Source: the human T2T-CHM13v2.0 reference genome, Homo sapiens
DNA: 64,000 bases
Reading direction: 5' to 3' (one strand)
Assembly (NCBI RefSeq): GCF_009914755.1
Contig: NC_060926.1
The translations under genes were made by a program, and so were the position numbers. The notes under the pieces were generated by a model that saw only the letters and a program-made list of their open reading frames with translations, ran no database searches and was not told the origin of the DNA. Of this stretch, positions 38,801 through 50,700 are shown in pieces; positions within the stretch are counted from its first letter, which is position 1; every line of letters starts with the position of its first letter.

Positions 38801-41378
38801 AGCGCTTTCAGGCCTATGGTTTAAAAGGAAATATCTTCCCCTGAAAACTAGACAGAAGCATTCTCAGAAACTTATTTGTGATGTGCGCCCTCAACTAACA
38901 GTGTTGAACCTTTCTTTTGATAGAGCAGTTTTGAAACACTCTTTTTGTAATATCTGCAAGAGGATATTTGGATAGCTTTGAGGATTTCGTTGGAAACGGG
39001 ATTACATATAAAAAGCAGACAGCAGCATTCCCAGAAACTTCTTTGTGATGTTTGCATTCAAGTCACAGAGTTGAACATTCCCTTTCATAGAGCAGGTTTG
39101 AAACACTCTTTTTGTAGTATCTGGATGTGGACATTTGCAGCGCTTTCAGGCCTAAGGTGAAAAAGGAAATATCTTCCCCTGAAAACTAGACAGAAGCATT
39201 CTCAGAAACTTACTTGTGATGTGCGCCCTCAACTAACAGTGTTGAACCTTTCTTTTGATAGAGCAGTTTTGAAACACTCTTTTTGTAATATCTGCAAGAG
39301 GATATTTGGATAGCTTTGAGGATTTCGTTGGAAACGGGATTGTCTTCATATAAACTCTAGACAGAAGCATTCTCAGAAGCTTCATTGGGATGTTTCAATT
39401 GAAGTCACAGTGTTGAACAGTCCCTTTCATAGAGCAGGTTTGAAACACTCTTTTTGTAGTATCTGGATGTGGACATTTGGAGCGCTTTCAGGCCTATGGT
39501 TTAAAAGGAAATATCTTCCCCTGAAAACTAGACAGAAGCATTCTCAGAAACTTATTTGTGATGTGCGCCCTCAACTAACAGTGTTGAAGCATTCTTTTGA
39601 TAGAGCAGTTTTGAAACACTCTTTTTGTGGAATCTGCAAGTGGATATTTGTCTAGCTTTGAGGATTTCGTTGGAAACGGGATTAATTATAAAAAGCAGAC
39701 AGCAGCATTCCCAGAATCTTGTTTGTGATGTTTGCATTCAAGTCACAGAGTTGAACATTCCCTTTCAGAGAGCAGGTTTGAAACACTCTTTTTATAGTAT
39801 CTGGATGTGGACATTTGGAGCGCTTTCAGGCCTATGATGAAAAAGGAAATATCTTCTCCTGAAAACTAGACAGAAGCATTCTCAGAATCTTATTTGTGAT
39901 GTGCGCCCTCAACTAACAGTGTTGAAGCTTTCTTTTGATAGAGCAGTTTTGAAACACTCTTTTCGTAAAATCTGCAAGAGGATATTTGGATAGCTTTGAG
40001 GATTTCGTTGGAAACGGGATTGTCTTCATATAAACTCTAGACAGAAGCATTCTCAGAAGCTTCATTGGGATGTTTCAATTGAAGTCACAGTGTTGAACAG
40101 TCCCTTTCATAGAGCAGGTTTGAAACACTCTTTTTGTAGTATCTGGAAGTGGACATTTGGAGAGATCTCAGGAATACGGTGATAAAGGTAATATCTTCCA
40201 ATAAAAGCTAGATAGAAGCAATGTCAGAAACTTTTTCATGATGTATCTACTCAGCTAACAGAGTTGAACCTTTCTTTTGAGAGAGCAGTTTTGAAACACT
40301 CTTTTTGTGGAATCTGCAAGTGGATATTTGTCTAGCTTTGAGGATTTCGTTGGAAACGGGATTACATATAAAAAGCAGACAGCAGCATTCCCAGTAACTT
40401 CTTTGTGATGTTTGCATTCAAGTCAGAGAGTTGAACATTCCCTTTCATAGAGCAGGTTTGAAACACTCTTTTTGAAGTATCTGGTTGTGGACATTTGGAG
40501 CGCTTTCTGGCCTATGGTGAAAAAGGAAATATCTTCCCCTGAAAACTAGACAGAAGCATTCTCAGAAACTTATTTGTGATGTGCGCCCTCAACTAACAGT
40601 GTTGAACCTTTCTTTTGATAGAGCAGTTTTGAAACACTCTTTTTGTAATATCTGCAAGAGGATATTTGGATAGCTTTGAGGATTTCGTTGGAAACGGGAT
40701 TGTCTTCATATAAACTCTAGACAGAAGCATTCTCAGAAGCTTCATTGGGATGTTTCAATTGAAGTCACAGTGTTGAACAGTCCCTTTCATAGAGCAGGTT
40801 TGAAACACTCTTTTTGTAGTATCTGGAAGTGGACATTTGGAGCGCTCTCAGGACTACGATGATAAAGGAAATATCTTCCAATAAAAGCTAGATAGAAGCA
40901 ATGTCAGAAACTTTTTCATGATGTATCTACTCAGCTAACAGAGTTGAACCTTTCTTTTGAGAGAGCAGTTTTGAAACACTCTTTTTGTGGAATCTGCAAG
41001 TGGATATTTGTCTAGCTTTGAGGATTTCGTTGGAAACGGGATTACATATAAAAAGCAGACAGCAGCATTCCCAGAATCTTCTTTGTGATGTTTGCATTCA
41101 AGTCACAGAGTTGAACATTCCCTTTCATAGAGCAGGTTTGAAACACTCTTTTTGTAGTATCTGGATGTGGACATTTGGAGCGCTTTCAGGCCTATGGTGA
41201 AAAAGGAAATATCTTCCCCTGAAAACTAGACAGAAGCATTCTCAGAATCTTATTTGTGATGTGCGCCCTCAACTAACAGTGTTCAAGCTTTCTTTTGATA
41301 GAGCAGTTTTGAAACACTCTTTTTGTAATATCTGCAAGAGGATATTTGGATAGCTTTGAGGATTTCGTTGGAAACGGG
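31810..41378 (+). repeat. Tandem duplication of a 4760-bp (28-monomer) unit, 2 copies
   Basis: Private variant AAACTTACTTGTG is seen only near 34451 and 39211 (+4760). ORF pairs 32610/37370, 33970/38730, 34650/39410 and 36225/40985. Confidence 0.9.
32865..34904 (+). repeat. 2040-bp 12-mer variant HOR; also at 22669-24708, 37625-39664, 44083-46122 and 49861-51900
   Basis: Successive C' boxes lie 2040 bp apart at these five places. Each unit carries the internal markers AAGCGTCATTGG and TTTGCAGCG...CCTAAGG. Confidence 0.88.
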
Positions 41379-41796
41379 TTTGTCTTCATATAAATTCTAG
41401 ACAGAAGCATTCTCAGAAGCTTCATTGGGATGTTTCAATTGAAGTCACAGTGTTGAACAGTTCCTTTCATAGAACAGGTTTGAAACACTCTTTTTGTAGT
41501 ATCTGGAAGTGGACATTTGGAGCGCTCTCAGGACTATGGTGAAAAAGGAAATATCTTCCAATAAAAGCTACATAGAAGCAATGTCAGAAACTTTTTCATG
41601 ATGTATCTACTCAGCTAACAGAGTTGAACCTTTCCTTTGAGAGAGCAGTTTTGAAACACTCTTTTTGTGGAATCTGCAAGTGGATATTTGTCTAGCTTTG
41701 AGGATTTCGTTGGAAACGGGATTACATATAAAAAGCAGACAGCAGCATTCCCAGTAACTTCTTTGTGATGTTTGCATTCAAGTCACAGAGTTGAAT

Positions 41797-44700
41797 ATTC
41801 CCTTTCATAGAGCAGGTTTGAAACACTCTTTTTGTAGTATCTGGATGTGGACATTTGGAGCGCTTTCAGGCCTATGGTGAAAAAGGAAATATCTTCCCCT
41901 GAAAACTAGACAGAAGCATTCTCAGAAACTTATTTGTGATGTGCGCCCTCAACTAACAGTGTTGAACCTTTCTTTTGATAGAGCAGTTTTGAAACACTCT
42001 TTTTGTAATATCTGCAAGAGGATATTTGGATAGCTTTGAGGATTTCGTTGGAAACGGGATTACATATAAAAAGCAGACAGCAGCATTCCCAGAAACTTCT
42101 TTGTGATGTTTGCATTCAAGTCACAGAGTTGAACATTCCCTTTCATAGAGCAGGTTTGAAACACTCTTTTTGTAGTATCTGGATGTGGACATTTGCAGCG
42201 CTTTCAGGCCTAAGGTGAAAAAGGAAATATCTTCCCCTGAAAACTAGACAGAAGCATTCTCAGAAACTTATTTGTGATGTGCGCCCTCAACTAACAGTGT
42301 TGAACCTTTCTTTTGATAGAGCAGTTTTGAAACACTCTTTTTGTAATATCTGCAAGAGGATATTTGGATAGCTTTGAGGATTTCGTTGGAAACGGGATTG
42401 TCTTCATATAAACTCTAGACAGAAGCATTCTCAGAAGCTTCATTGGGATGTTTCAATTGAAGTCACAGTGTTGAACAGTCCCTTTCATAGAGCAGGTTTG
42501 AAACACTCTTTTTGTAGTATCTGGATGTGGACATTTGGAGCGCTTTCAGGCCTATGGTTTAACAGGAAATATCTTCCCCTGAAAACTAGACAGAAGCATT
42601 CTCAGAAACTTATTTGTGATGTGCGCCCTCAACTAACAGTGTTGATGCATTCTTTTGATAGAGCAGATTTGAAACACTCTTTTTGTGGAATCTGCAAGTG
42701 GATATTTGTCTAGCTTTGAGGATTTCGTTGGAAACGGGATTAATTATAAAAAGCAGACAGCAGCATTCCCAGAATCTTGTTTGTGATGTTTGCATTCAAG
42801 TCACAGAGTTGAACATTCCCTTTCAGAGAGCAGGTTTGAAACACTCTTTTTATAGTATCTGGATGTGGACATTTGGAGCGCTTTCAGGCCTATGATGAAA
42901 AAGGAAATATCTTCTCCTGAAAACTAGACAGAAGCATTCTCAGAATCTTATTTGTGATGTGCGCCCTCAACTAACAGTGTTGAAGCTTTCTTTTGATAGA
43001 GCAGTTTTGAAACACTCTTTTCGTAAAATCTGCAAGAGGATATTTGGATAGCTTTGAGGATTTCGTTGGAAACGGGATTGTCTTCATATAAACTCTAGAC
43101 AGAAGCATTCTCAGAAGCTTCATTGGGATGTTTCAATTGAAGTCACAGTGTTGAACAGTCCCTTTCATAGAGCAGGTTTGAAACACTCTTTTTGTAGTAT
43201 CTGGAAGTGGACATTTGGAGAGATCTCAGGAATACGGTGATAAAGGTAATATCTTCCAATAAAAGCTAGATAGAAGCAATGTCAGAAACTTTTTCATGAT
43301 GTATCTACTCAGCTAACAGAGTAGAACCTTTCTTTTGAGAGAGCAGTTTTGAAACACTCTTTTTGTGGAATCTGCAAGTGGATATTTGTCTAGCTTTGAG
43401 GATTTCGTTGGAAACGGGATTACATATAAAAAGCAGACAGCAGCATTCCCAGTAACTTCTTTGTGATGTTTGCATTCAAGTCACAGAGTTGAACATTCCC
43501 TTTCATAGAGCAGGTTTGAAACACTTTTTTTGTAGTATCTGGATGTGGACATTTGGAGCGCTTTCAGGCCTATGGTGAAAAAGGAAATATCTTCCAATAA
43601 AAGCTACATAGAAGCAATGTCAGAAACTTTTTCATGATGTATCTACTCAGCTAACAGAGTTGAACCTTTCTTTTGAGAGAGCAGTTTTGAAACACTCTTT
43701 TTGTAAAATCTGCAAGAGGATATTTGGATAGCTTTGAGGATTTCGTTGGAAACGGGATTGTCTTCATATAAACTCTAGACAGAAGCATTCTCAGAAGCTT
43801 CATTGGGATGTTTCAATTGAAGTCACAGTGTTGAACAGTCCCTTTCATAGAGCAGGTTTGAAACACTCTTTTTGTAGTATCTGGATGTGGACATTTGGAG
43901 CGCTTTCAGGCCTATGGTTTAAAAGGAAATATCTTCCCCTGAAAACTAGACAGAAGCATTCTCAGAAACTTATTTGTGATGTGCGCCCTCAACTAACAGT
44001 GTTGAAGCATTCTTTTGATAGAGCAGTTTTGAAACACTCTTTTTGTGGAATCTGCAAGTGGATATTTGTCTAGCTTTGAGGATTTCGTTGGAAACGGGAT
44101 TAATTATAAAAAGCAGACAGCAGCATTCCCAGAATCTTGTTTGTGATGTTTGCATTCAAGTCACAGAGTTGAACATTCCCTTTCAGAGAGCAGGTTTGAA
44201 ACACTCTTTTTATAGTATCTGGATGTGGACATTTGGAGCGCTTTCAGGCCTATGATGAAAAAGGAAATATCTTCTCCTGAAAACTAGACAGAAGCATTCT
44301 CAGAATCTTATTTGTGATGTGCGCCCTCAACTAACAGTGTTGAAGCTTTCTTTTGATAGAGCAGTTTTGAAACACTCTTTTCGTAAAATCTGCAAGAGGA
44401 TATTTGGATAGCTTTGAGGATTTCGTTGGAAACGGGATTGTCTTCATATAAACTCTAGACAGAAGCATTCTCAGAAGCTTCATTGGGATGTTTCAATTGA
44501 AGTCACAGTGTTGAACAGTCCCTTTCATAGAGCAGGTTTGAAACACTCTTTTTGTAGTATCTGGAAGTGGACATTTGGAGAGATCTCAGGAATACGGTGA
44601 TAAAGGTAATATCTTCCAATAAAAGCTAGATAGAAGCAATGTCAGAAACTTTTTCATGATGTATCTACTCAGCTAACAGAGTTGAACCTTTCTTTTGAGA

Positions 44701-47700
44701 GAGCAGTTTTGAAACACTCTTTTTGTGGAATCTGCAAGTGGATATTTGTCTAGCTTTGAGGATTTCGTTGGAAACGGGATTACATATAAAAAGCAGACAG
44801 CAGCATTCCCAGTAACTTCTTTGTGATGTTTGCATTCAAGTCACAGAGTTGAACATTCCCTTTCATAGAGCAGGTTTGAAACACTTTTTTTGTAGTATCT
44901 GGATGTGGACATTTGGAGCGCTTTCAGGCCTATGGTGAAAAAGGAAATATCTTCCAATAAAAGCTACATAGAAGCAATGTCAGAAACTTTTTCATGATGT
45001 ATCTACTCAGCTAACAGAGTTGAACCTTTCTTTTGAGAGAGCAGTTTTGAAACACTCTTTTTGTAAAATCTGCAAGAGGATATTTGGATAGCTTTGAGGA
45101 TTTCGTTGGAAACGGGATTGTCTTCATATAAACTCTAGACAGAAGCATTCTCAGAAGCGTCATTGGGATGTTTCAATTGAAGTCACAGTGTTGAACAGTC
45201 CCTTTCATAGAGCAGGTTTGAAACACTCTTTTTGTAGTATCTGGATGTGGACATTTGGAGCGCTTTCAGGCCTATGGTTTAAAAGGAAATATCTTCCCCT
45301 GAAAACTAGACAGAAGCATTCTCAGAAACTTATTTGTGATGTGCGCCCTCAACTAACAGTGTTGAACCTTTCTTTTGATAGAGCAGTTTTGAAACACTCT
45401 TTTTGTAATATCTGCAAGAGGATATTTGGATAGCTTTGAGGATTTCGTTGGAAACGGGATTACATATAAAAAGCAGACAGCAGCATTCCCAGAAACTTCT
45501 TTGTGATGTTTGCATTCAAGTCACAGAGTTGAACATTCCCTTTCATAGAGCAGGTTTGAAACACTCTTTTTGTAGTATCTGGATGTGGACATTTGCAGCG
45601 CTTTCAGGCCTAAGGTGAAAAAGGAAATATCTTCCCCTGAAAACTAGACAGAAGCATTCTCAGAAACTTATTTGTGATGTGCGCCCTCAACTAACAGTGT
45701 TGAACCTTTCTTTTGATAGAGCAGTTTTGAAACACTCTTTTTGTAATATCTGCAAGAGGATATTTGGATAGCTTTGAGGATTTCGTTGGAAACGGGATTG
45801 TCTTCATATAAACTCTAGACAGAAGCATTCTCAGAAGCTTCATTGGGATGTTTCAATTGAAGTCACAGTGTTGAACAGTCCCTTTCATAGAGCAGGTTTG
45901 AAACACTCTTTTTGTAGTATCTGGATGTGGACATTTGGAGCGCTTTCAGGCCTATGGTTTAAAAGGAAATATCTTCCCCTGAAAACTAGACAGAAGCATT
46001 CTCAGAAACTTATTTGTGATGTGCGCCCTCAACTAACAGTGTTGAAGCATTCTTTTGATAGAGCAGTTTTGAAACACTCTTTTTGTGGAATCTGCAAGTG
46101 GATATTTGTCTAGCTTTGAGGATTTCGTTGGAAACGGGATTAATTATAAAAAGCAGACAGCAGCATTCCCAGAATCTTGTTTGTGATGTTTGCATTCAAG
46201 TCACAGAGTTGAACATTCCCTTTCAGAGAGCAGGTTTGAAACACTCTTTTTATAGTATCTGGATGTGGACATTTGGAGCGCTTTCAGGCCAATGATGAAA
46301 AAGGAAATATCTTCTCCTGAAAACTAGACAGAAGCATTCTCAGAATCTTATTTGTGATGTGCGCCCTCAACTAACAGTGTTGAAGCTTTCTTTTGATAGA
46401 GCAGTTTTGAAACACTCTTTTCGTAAAATCTGCAAGAGGATATTTGGATAGCTTTGAGGATTTCGTTGGAAACGGGATTGTCTTCATATAAACTCTAGAC
46501 AGAAGCATTCTCAGAAGCTTCATTGGGATGTTTCAATTGAAGTCACAGTGTTGAACAGTCCCTTTCATAGAGCAGGTTTGAAACACTCTTTTTGTAGTAT
46601 CTGGAAGTGGACATTTGGAGAGATCTCAGGAATACGGTGATAAAGGTAATATCTTCCAATAAAAGCTAGATAGAAGCAATGTCAGAAACTTTTTCATGAT
46701 GTATCTACTCAGCTAACAGAGTTGAACCTTTCTTTTGAGAGAGCAGTTTTGAAACACTCTTTTTGTGGAATCTGCAAGTGGATATTTGTCTAGCTTTGAG
46801 GATTTCGTTGGAAACGGGATTACATATAAAAAGCAGACAGCAGCATTCCCAGTAACTTCTTTGTGATGTTTGCATTCAAGTCACAGAGTTGAACATTCCC
46901 TTTCATAGAGCAGGTTTGAAACACTCTTTTTGTAGTATCTGGATGTGGACATTTGCAGCGCTTTCAGGCCTAAGGTGAAAAAGGAAATATCTTCCCCTGA
47001 AAACTAGACAGAAGCATTCTCAGAAACTTATTTGTGATGTGCGCCCTCAACTAACAGTGTTGAAGCTTTCTTTTGATAGAGCAGTTTTGAAACACTCTTT
47101 TTGTAATATCTGCAAGAGGATATTTGGATAGCTTTGAGGATTTCGTTGGAAACGGGATTGTCTTCATATAAACTCTAGACAGAAGCATTCTCAGAAGCTT
47201 CGTTGGGATGTTTCAATTGAAGTCACAGTGTTGAACAGTTCCTTTCATAGAACAGGTTTGAAACACTCTTTTTGTAGTATCTGGAAGTGGACATTTGGAG
47301 CGCTCTCAGGACTGCGGTGAAAAAGGATATATCTTCCAATAAAAGCTAGATAGAAGCAATGTCAGAAACTTTTTCATGATGTATCTACTCAGCTAACAGA
47401 GTTGAACCTTTCCTTTCAGAGAGCAGTTTTGAAACACTCTTTTTGTGGAATCTGCAAGTGGATATTTGTCTAGCTTTGAGGATTTCGTTGGAAACGGGAT
47501 TACATATAAAAAGCAGACAGCAGCATTCCCAGAAACTTCTTTGTGATGTTTGCATTCACGTCACAGAGTTGAACATTCCCTTTCATAGAGCAGGTTTGAA
47601 ACACTCTTTTTGTAGTATCTGGATGTGGACATTTGGAGCGCTTTCAGGCCTATGGTGAAAAAGGAAATATCTTCCCCTGAAAACTAGACAGAAGCATTCT

Positions 47701-50700
47701 CAGAAACTTATTTGTGATGTGCGCCCTCAACTAACAGTGTTGAACCTTTCTTTTGATAGAGCAGTTTTGAAACACTCTTTTTGTAATATCTGCAAGAGGA
47801 TATTTGGATAGCTTTGAGGATTTCGTTGGAAACGGGATTACATATAAAAAGCAGACAGCAGCATTCCCAGAAACTTCTTTGTGATGTTTGCATTCAAGTC
47901 ACAGAGTTGAACATTCCCTTTCATAGAGCAGGTTTGAAACACTCTTTTTGTAGTATCTGGATGTGGACATTTGCAGCGCTTTCAGGCCTAAGGTGAAAAA
48001 GGAAATATCTTCCCCTGAAAACTAGACAGAAGCATTCTCAGAAACTTATTTGTGATGTGCGCCCTCAACTAACAGTGTTGAACCTTTCTTTTGATAGAGC
48101 AGTTTTGAAACACTCTTTTTGTAATATCTGCAAGAGGATATTTGGATAGCTTTGAGGATTTCGTTGGAAACGGGATTGTCTTCATATAAACTCTAGACAG
48201 AAGCATTCTCAGAAGCTTCATTGGGATGTTTCAATTGAAGTCACAGTGTTGAACAGTCCCTTTCATAGAGCAGGTTTGAAACACTCTTTTTGTAGTATCT
48301 GGATGTGGACATTTGGAGCGCTTTCAGGCCTATGGTTTAACAGGAAATATCTTCCCCTGAAAACTAGACAGAAGCATTCTCAGAAACTTATTTGTGATGT
48401 GCGCCCTCAACTAACAGTGTTGATGCATTCTTTTGATAGAGCAGATTTGAAACACTCTTTTTGTGGAATCTGCAAGTGGATATTTGTCTAGCTTTGAGGA
48501 TTTCGTTGGAAACGGGATTAATTATAAAAAGCAGACAGCAGCATTCCCAGAATCTTGTTTGTGATGTTTGCATTCAAGTCACAGAGTTGAACATTCCCTT
48601 TCAGAGAGCAGGTTTGAAACACTCTTTTTATAGTATCTGGATGTGGACATTTGGAGCGCTTTCAGGCCTATGATGAAAAAGGAAATATCTTCTCCTGAAA
48701 ACTAGACAGAAGCATTCTCAGAATCTTATTTGTGATGTGCGCCCTCAACTAACAGTGTTGAAGCTTTCTTTTGATAGAGCAGTTTTGAAACACTCTTTTC
48801 GTAAAATCTGCAAGAGGATATTTGGATAGCTTTGAGGATTTCGTTGGAAACGGGATTGTCTTCATATAAACTCTAGACAGAAGCATTCTCAGAAGCTTCA
48901 TTGGGATGTTTCAATTGAAGTCACAGTGTTGAACAGTCCCTTTCATAGAGCAGGTTTGAAACACTCTTTTTGTAGTATCTGGAAGTGGACATTTGGAGAG
49001 ATCTCAGGAATACGGTGATAAAGGTAATATCTTCCAATAAAAGCTAGATAGAAGCAATGTCAGAAACTTTTTCATGATGTATCTACTCAGCTAACAGAGT
49101 TGAACCTTTCTTTTGAGAGAGCAGTTTTGAAACACTCTTTTTGTGGAATCTGCAAGTGGATATTTGTCTAGCTTTGAGGATTTCGTTGGAAACGGGATTA
49201 CATATAAAAAGCAGACAGCAGCATTCCCAGTAACTTCTTTGTGATGTTTGCATTCAAGTCACAGAGTTGAACATTCCCTTTCATAGAGCAGGTTTGAAAC
49301 ACTTTTTTTGTAGTATCTGGATGTGGACATTTGGAGCGCTTTCAGGCCTATGGTGAAAAAGGAAATATCTTCCAATAAAAGCTACATAGAAGCAATGTCA
49401 GAAACTTTTTCATGATGTATCTACTCAGCTAACAGAGTTGAACCTTTCTTTTGAGAGAGCAGTTTTGAAACACTCTTTTTGTAAAATCTGCAAGAGGATA
49501 TTTGGATAGCTTTGAGGATTTCGTTGGAAACGGGATTGTCTTCATATAAACTCTAGACAGAAGCATTCTCAGAAGCTTCATTGGGATGTTTCAATTGAAG
49601 TCACAGTGTTGAACAGTCCCTTTCATAGAGCAGGTTTGAAACACTCTTTTTGTAGTATCTGGATGTGGACATTTGGAGCGCTTTCAGGCCTATGGTTTAA
49701 AAGGAAATATCTTCCCCTGAAAACTAGACAGAAGCATTCTCAGAAACTTATTTGTGATGTGCGCCCTCAACTAACAGTGTTGAAGCATTCTTTTGATAGA
49801 GCAGTTTTGAAACACTCTTTTTGTGGAATCTGCAAGTGGATATTTGTCTAGCTTTGAGGATTTCGTTGGAAACGGGATTAATTATAAAAAGCAGACAGCA
49901 GCATTCCCAGAATCTTGTTTGTGATGTTTGCATTCAAGTCACAGAGTTGAACATTCCCTTTCAGAGAGCAGGTTTGAAACACTCTTTTTATAGTATCTGG
50001 ATGTGGACATTTGGAGCGCTTTCAGGCCTATGATGAAAAAGGAAATATCTTCTCCTGAAAACTAGACAGAAGCATTCTCAGAATCTTATTTGTGATGTGC
50101 GCCCTCAACTAACAGTGTTGAAGCTTTCTTTTGATAGAGCAGTTTTGAAACACTCTTTTCGTAAAATCTGCAAGAGGATATTTGGATAGCTTTGAGGATT
50201 TCGTTGGAAACGGGATTGTCTTCATATAAACTCTAGACAGAAGCATTCTCAGAAGCTTCATTGGGATGTTTCAATTGAAGTCACAGTGTTGAACAGTCCC
50301 TTTCATAGAGCAGGTTTGAAACACTCTTTTTGTAGTATCTGGAAGTGGACATTTGGAGAGATCTCAGGAATACGGTGATAAAGGTAATATCTTCCAATAA
50401 AAGCTAGATAGAAGCAATGTCAGAAACTTTTTCATGATGTATCTACTCAGCTAACAGAGTTGAACCTTTCTTTTGAGAGAGCAGTTTTGAAACACTCTTT
50501 TTGTGGAATCTGCAAGTGGATATTTGTCTAGCTTTGAGGATTTCGTTGGAAACGGGATTACATATAAAAAGCAGACAGCAGCATTCCCAGTAACTTCTTT
50601 GTGATGTTTGCATTCAAGTCACAGAGTTGAACATTCCCTTTCATAGAGCAGGTTTGAAACACTTTTTTTGTAGTATCTGGATGTGGACATTTGGAGCGCT

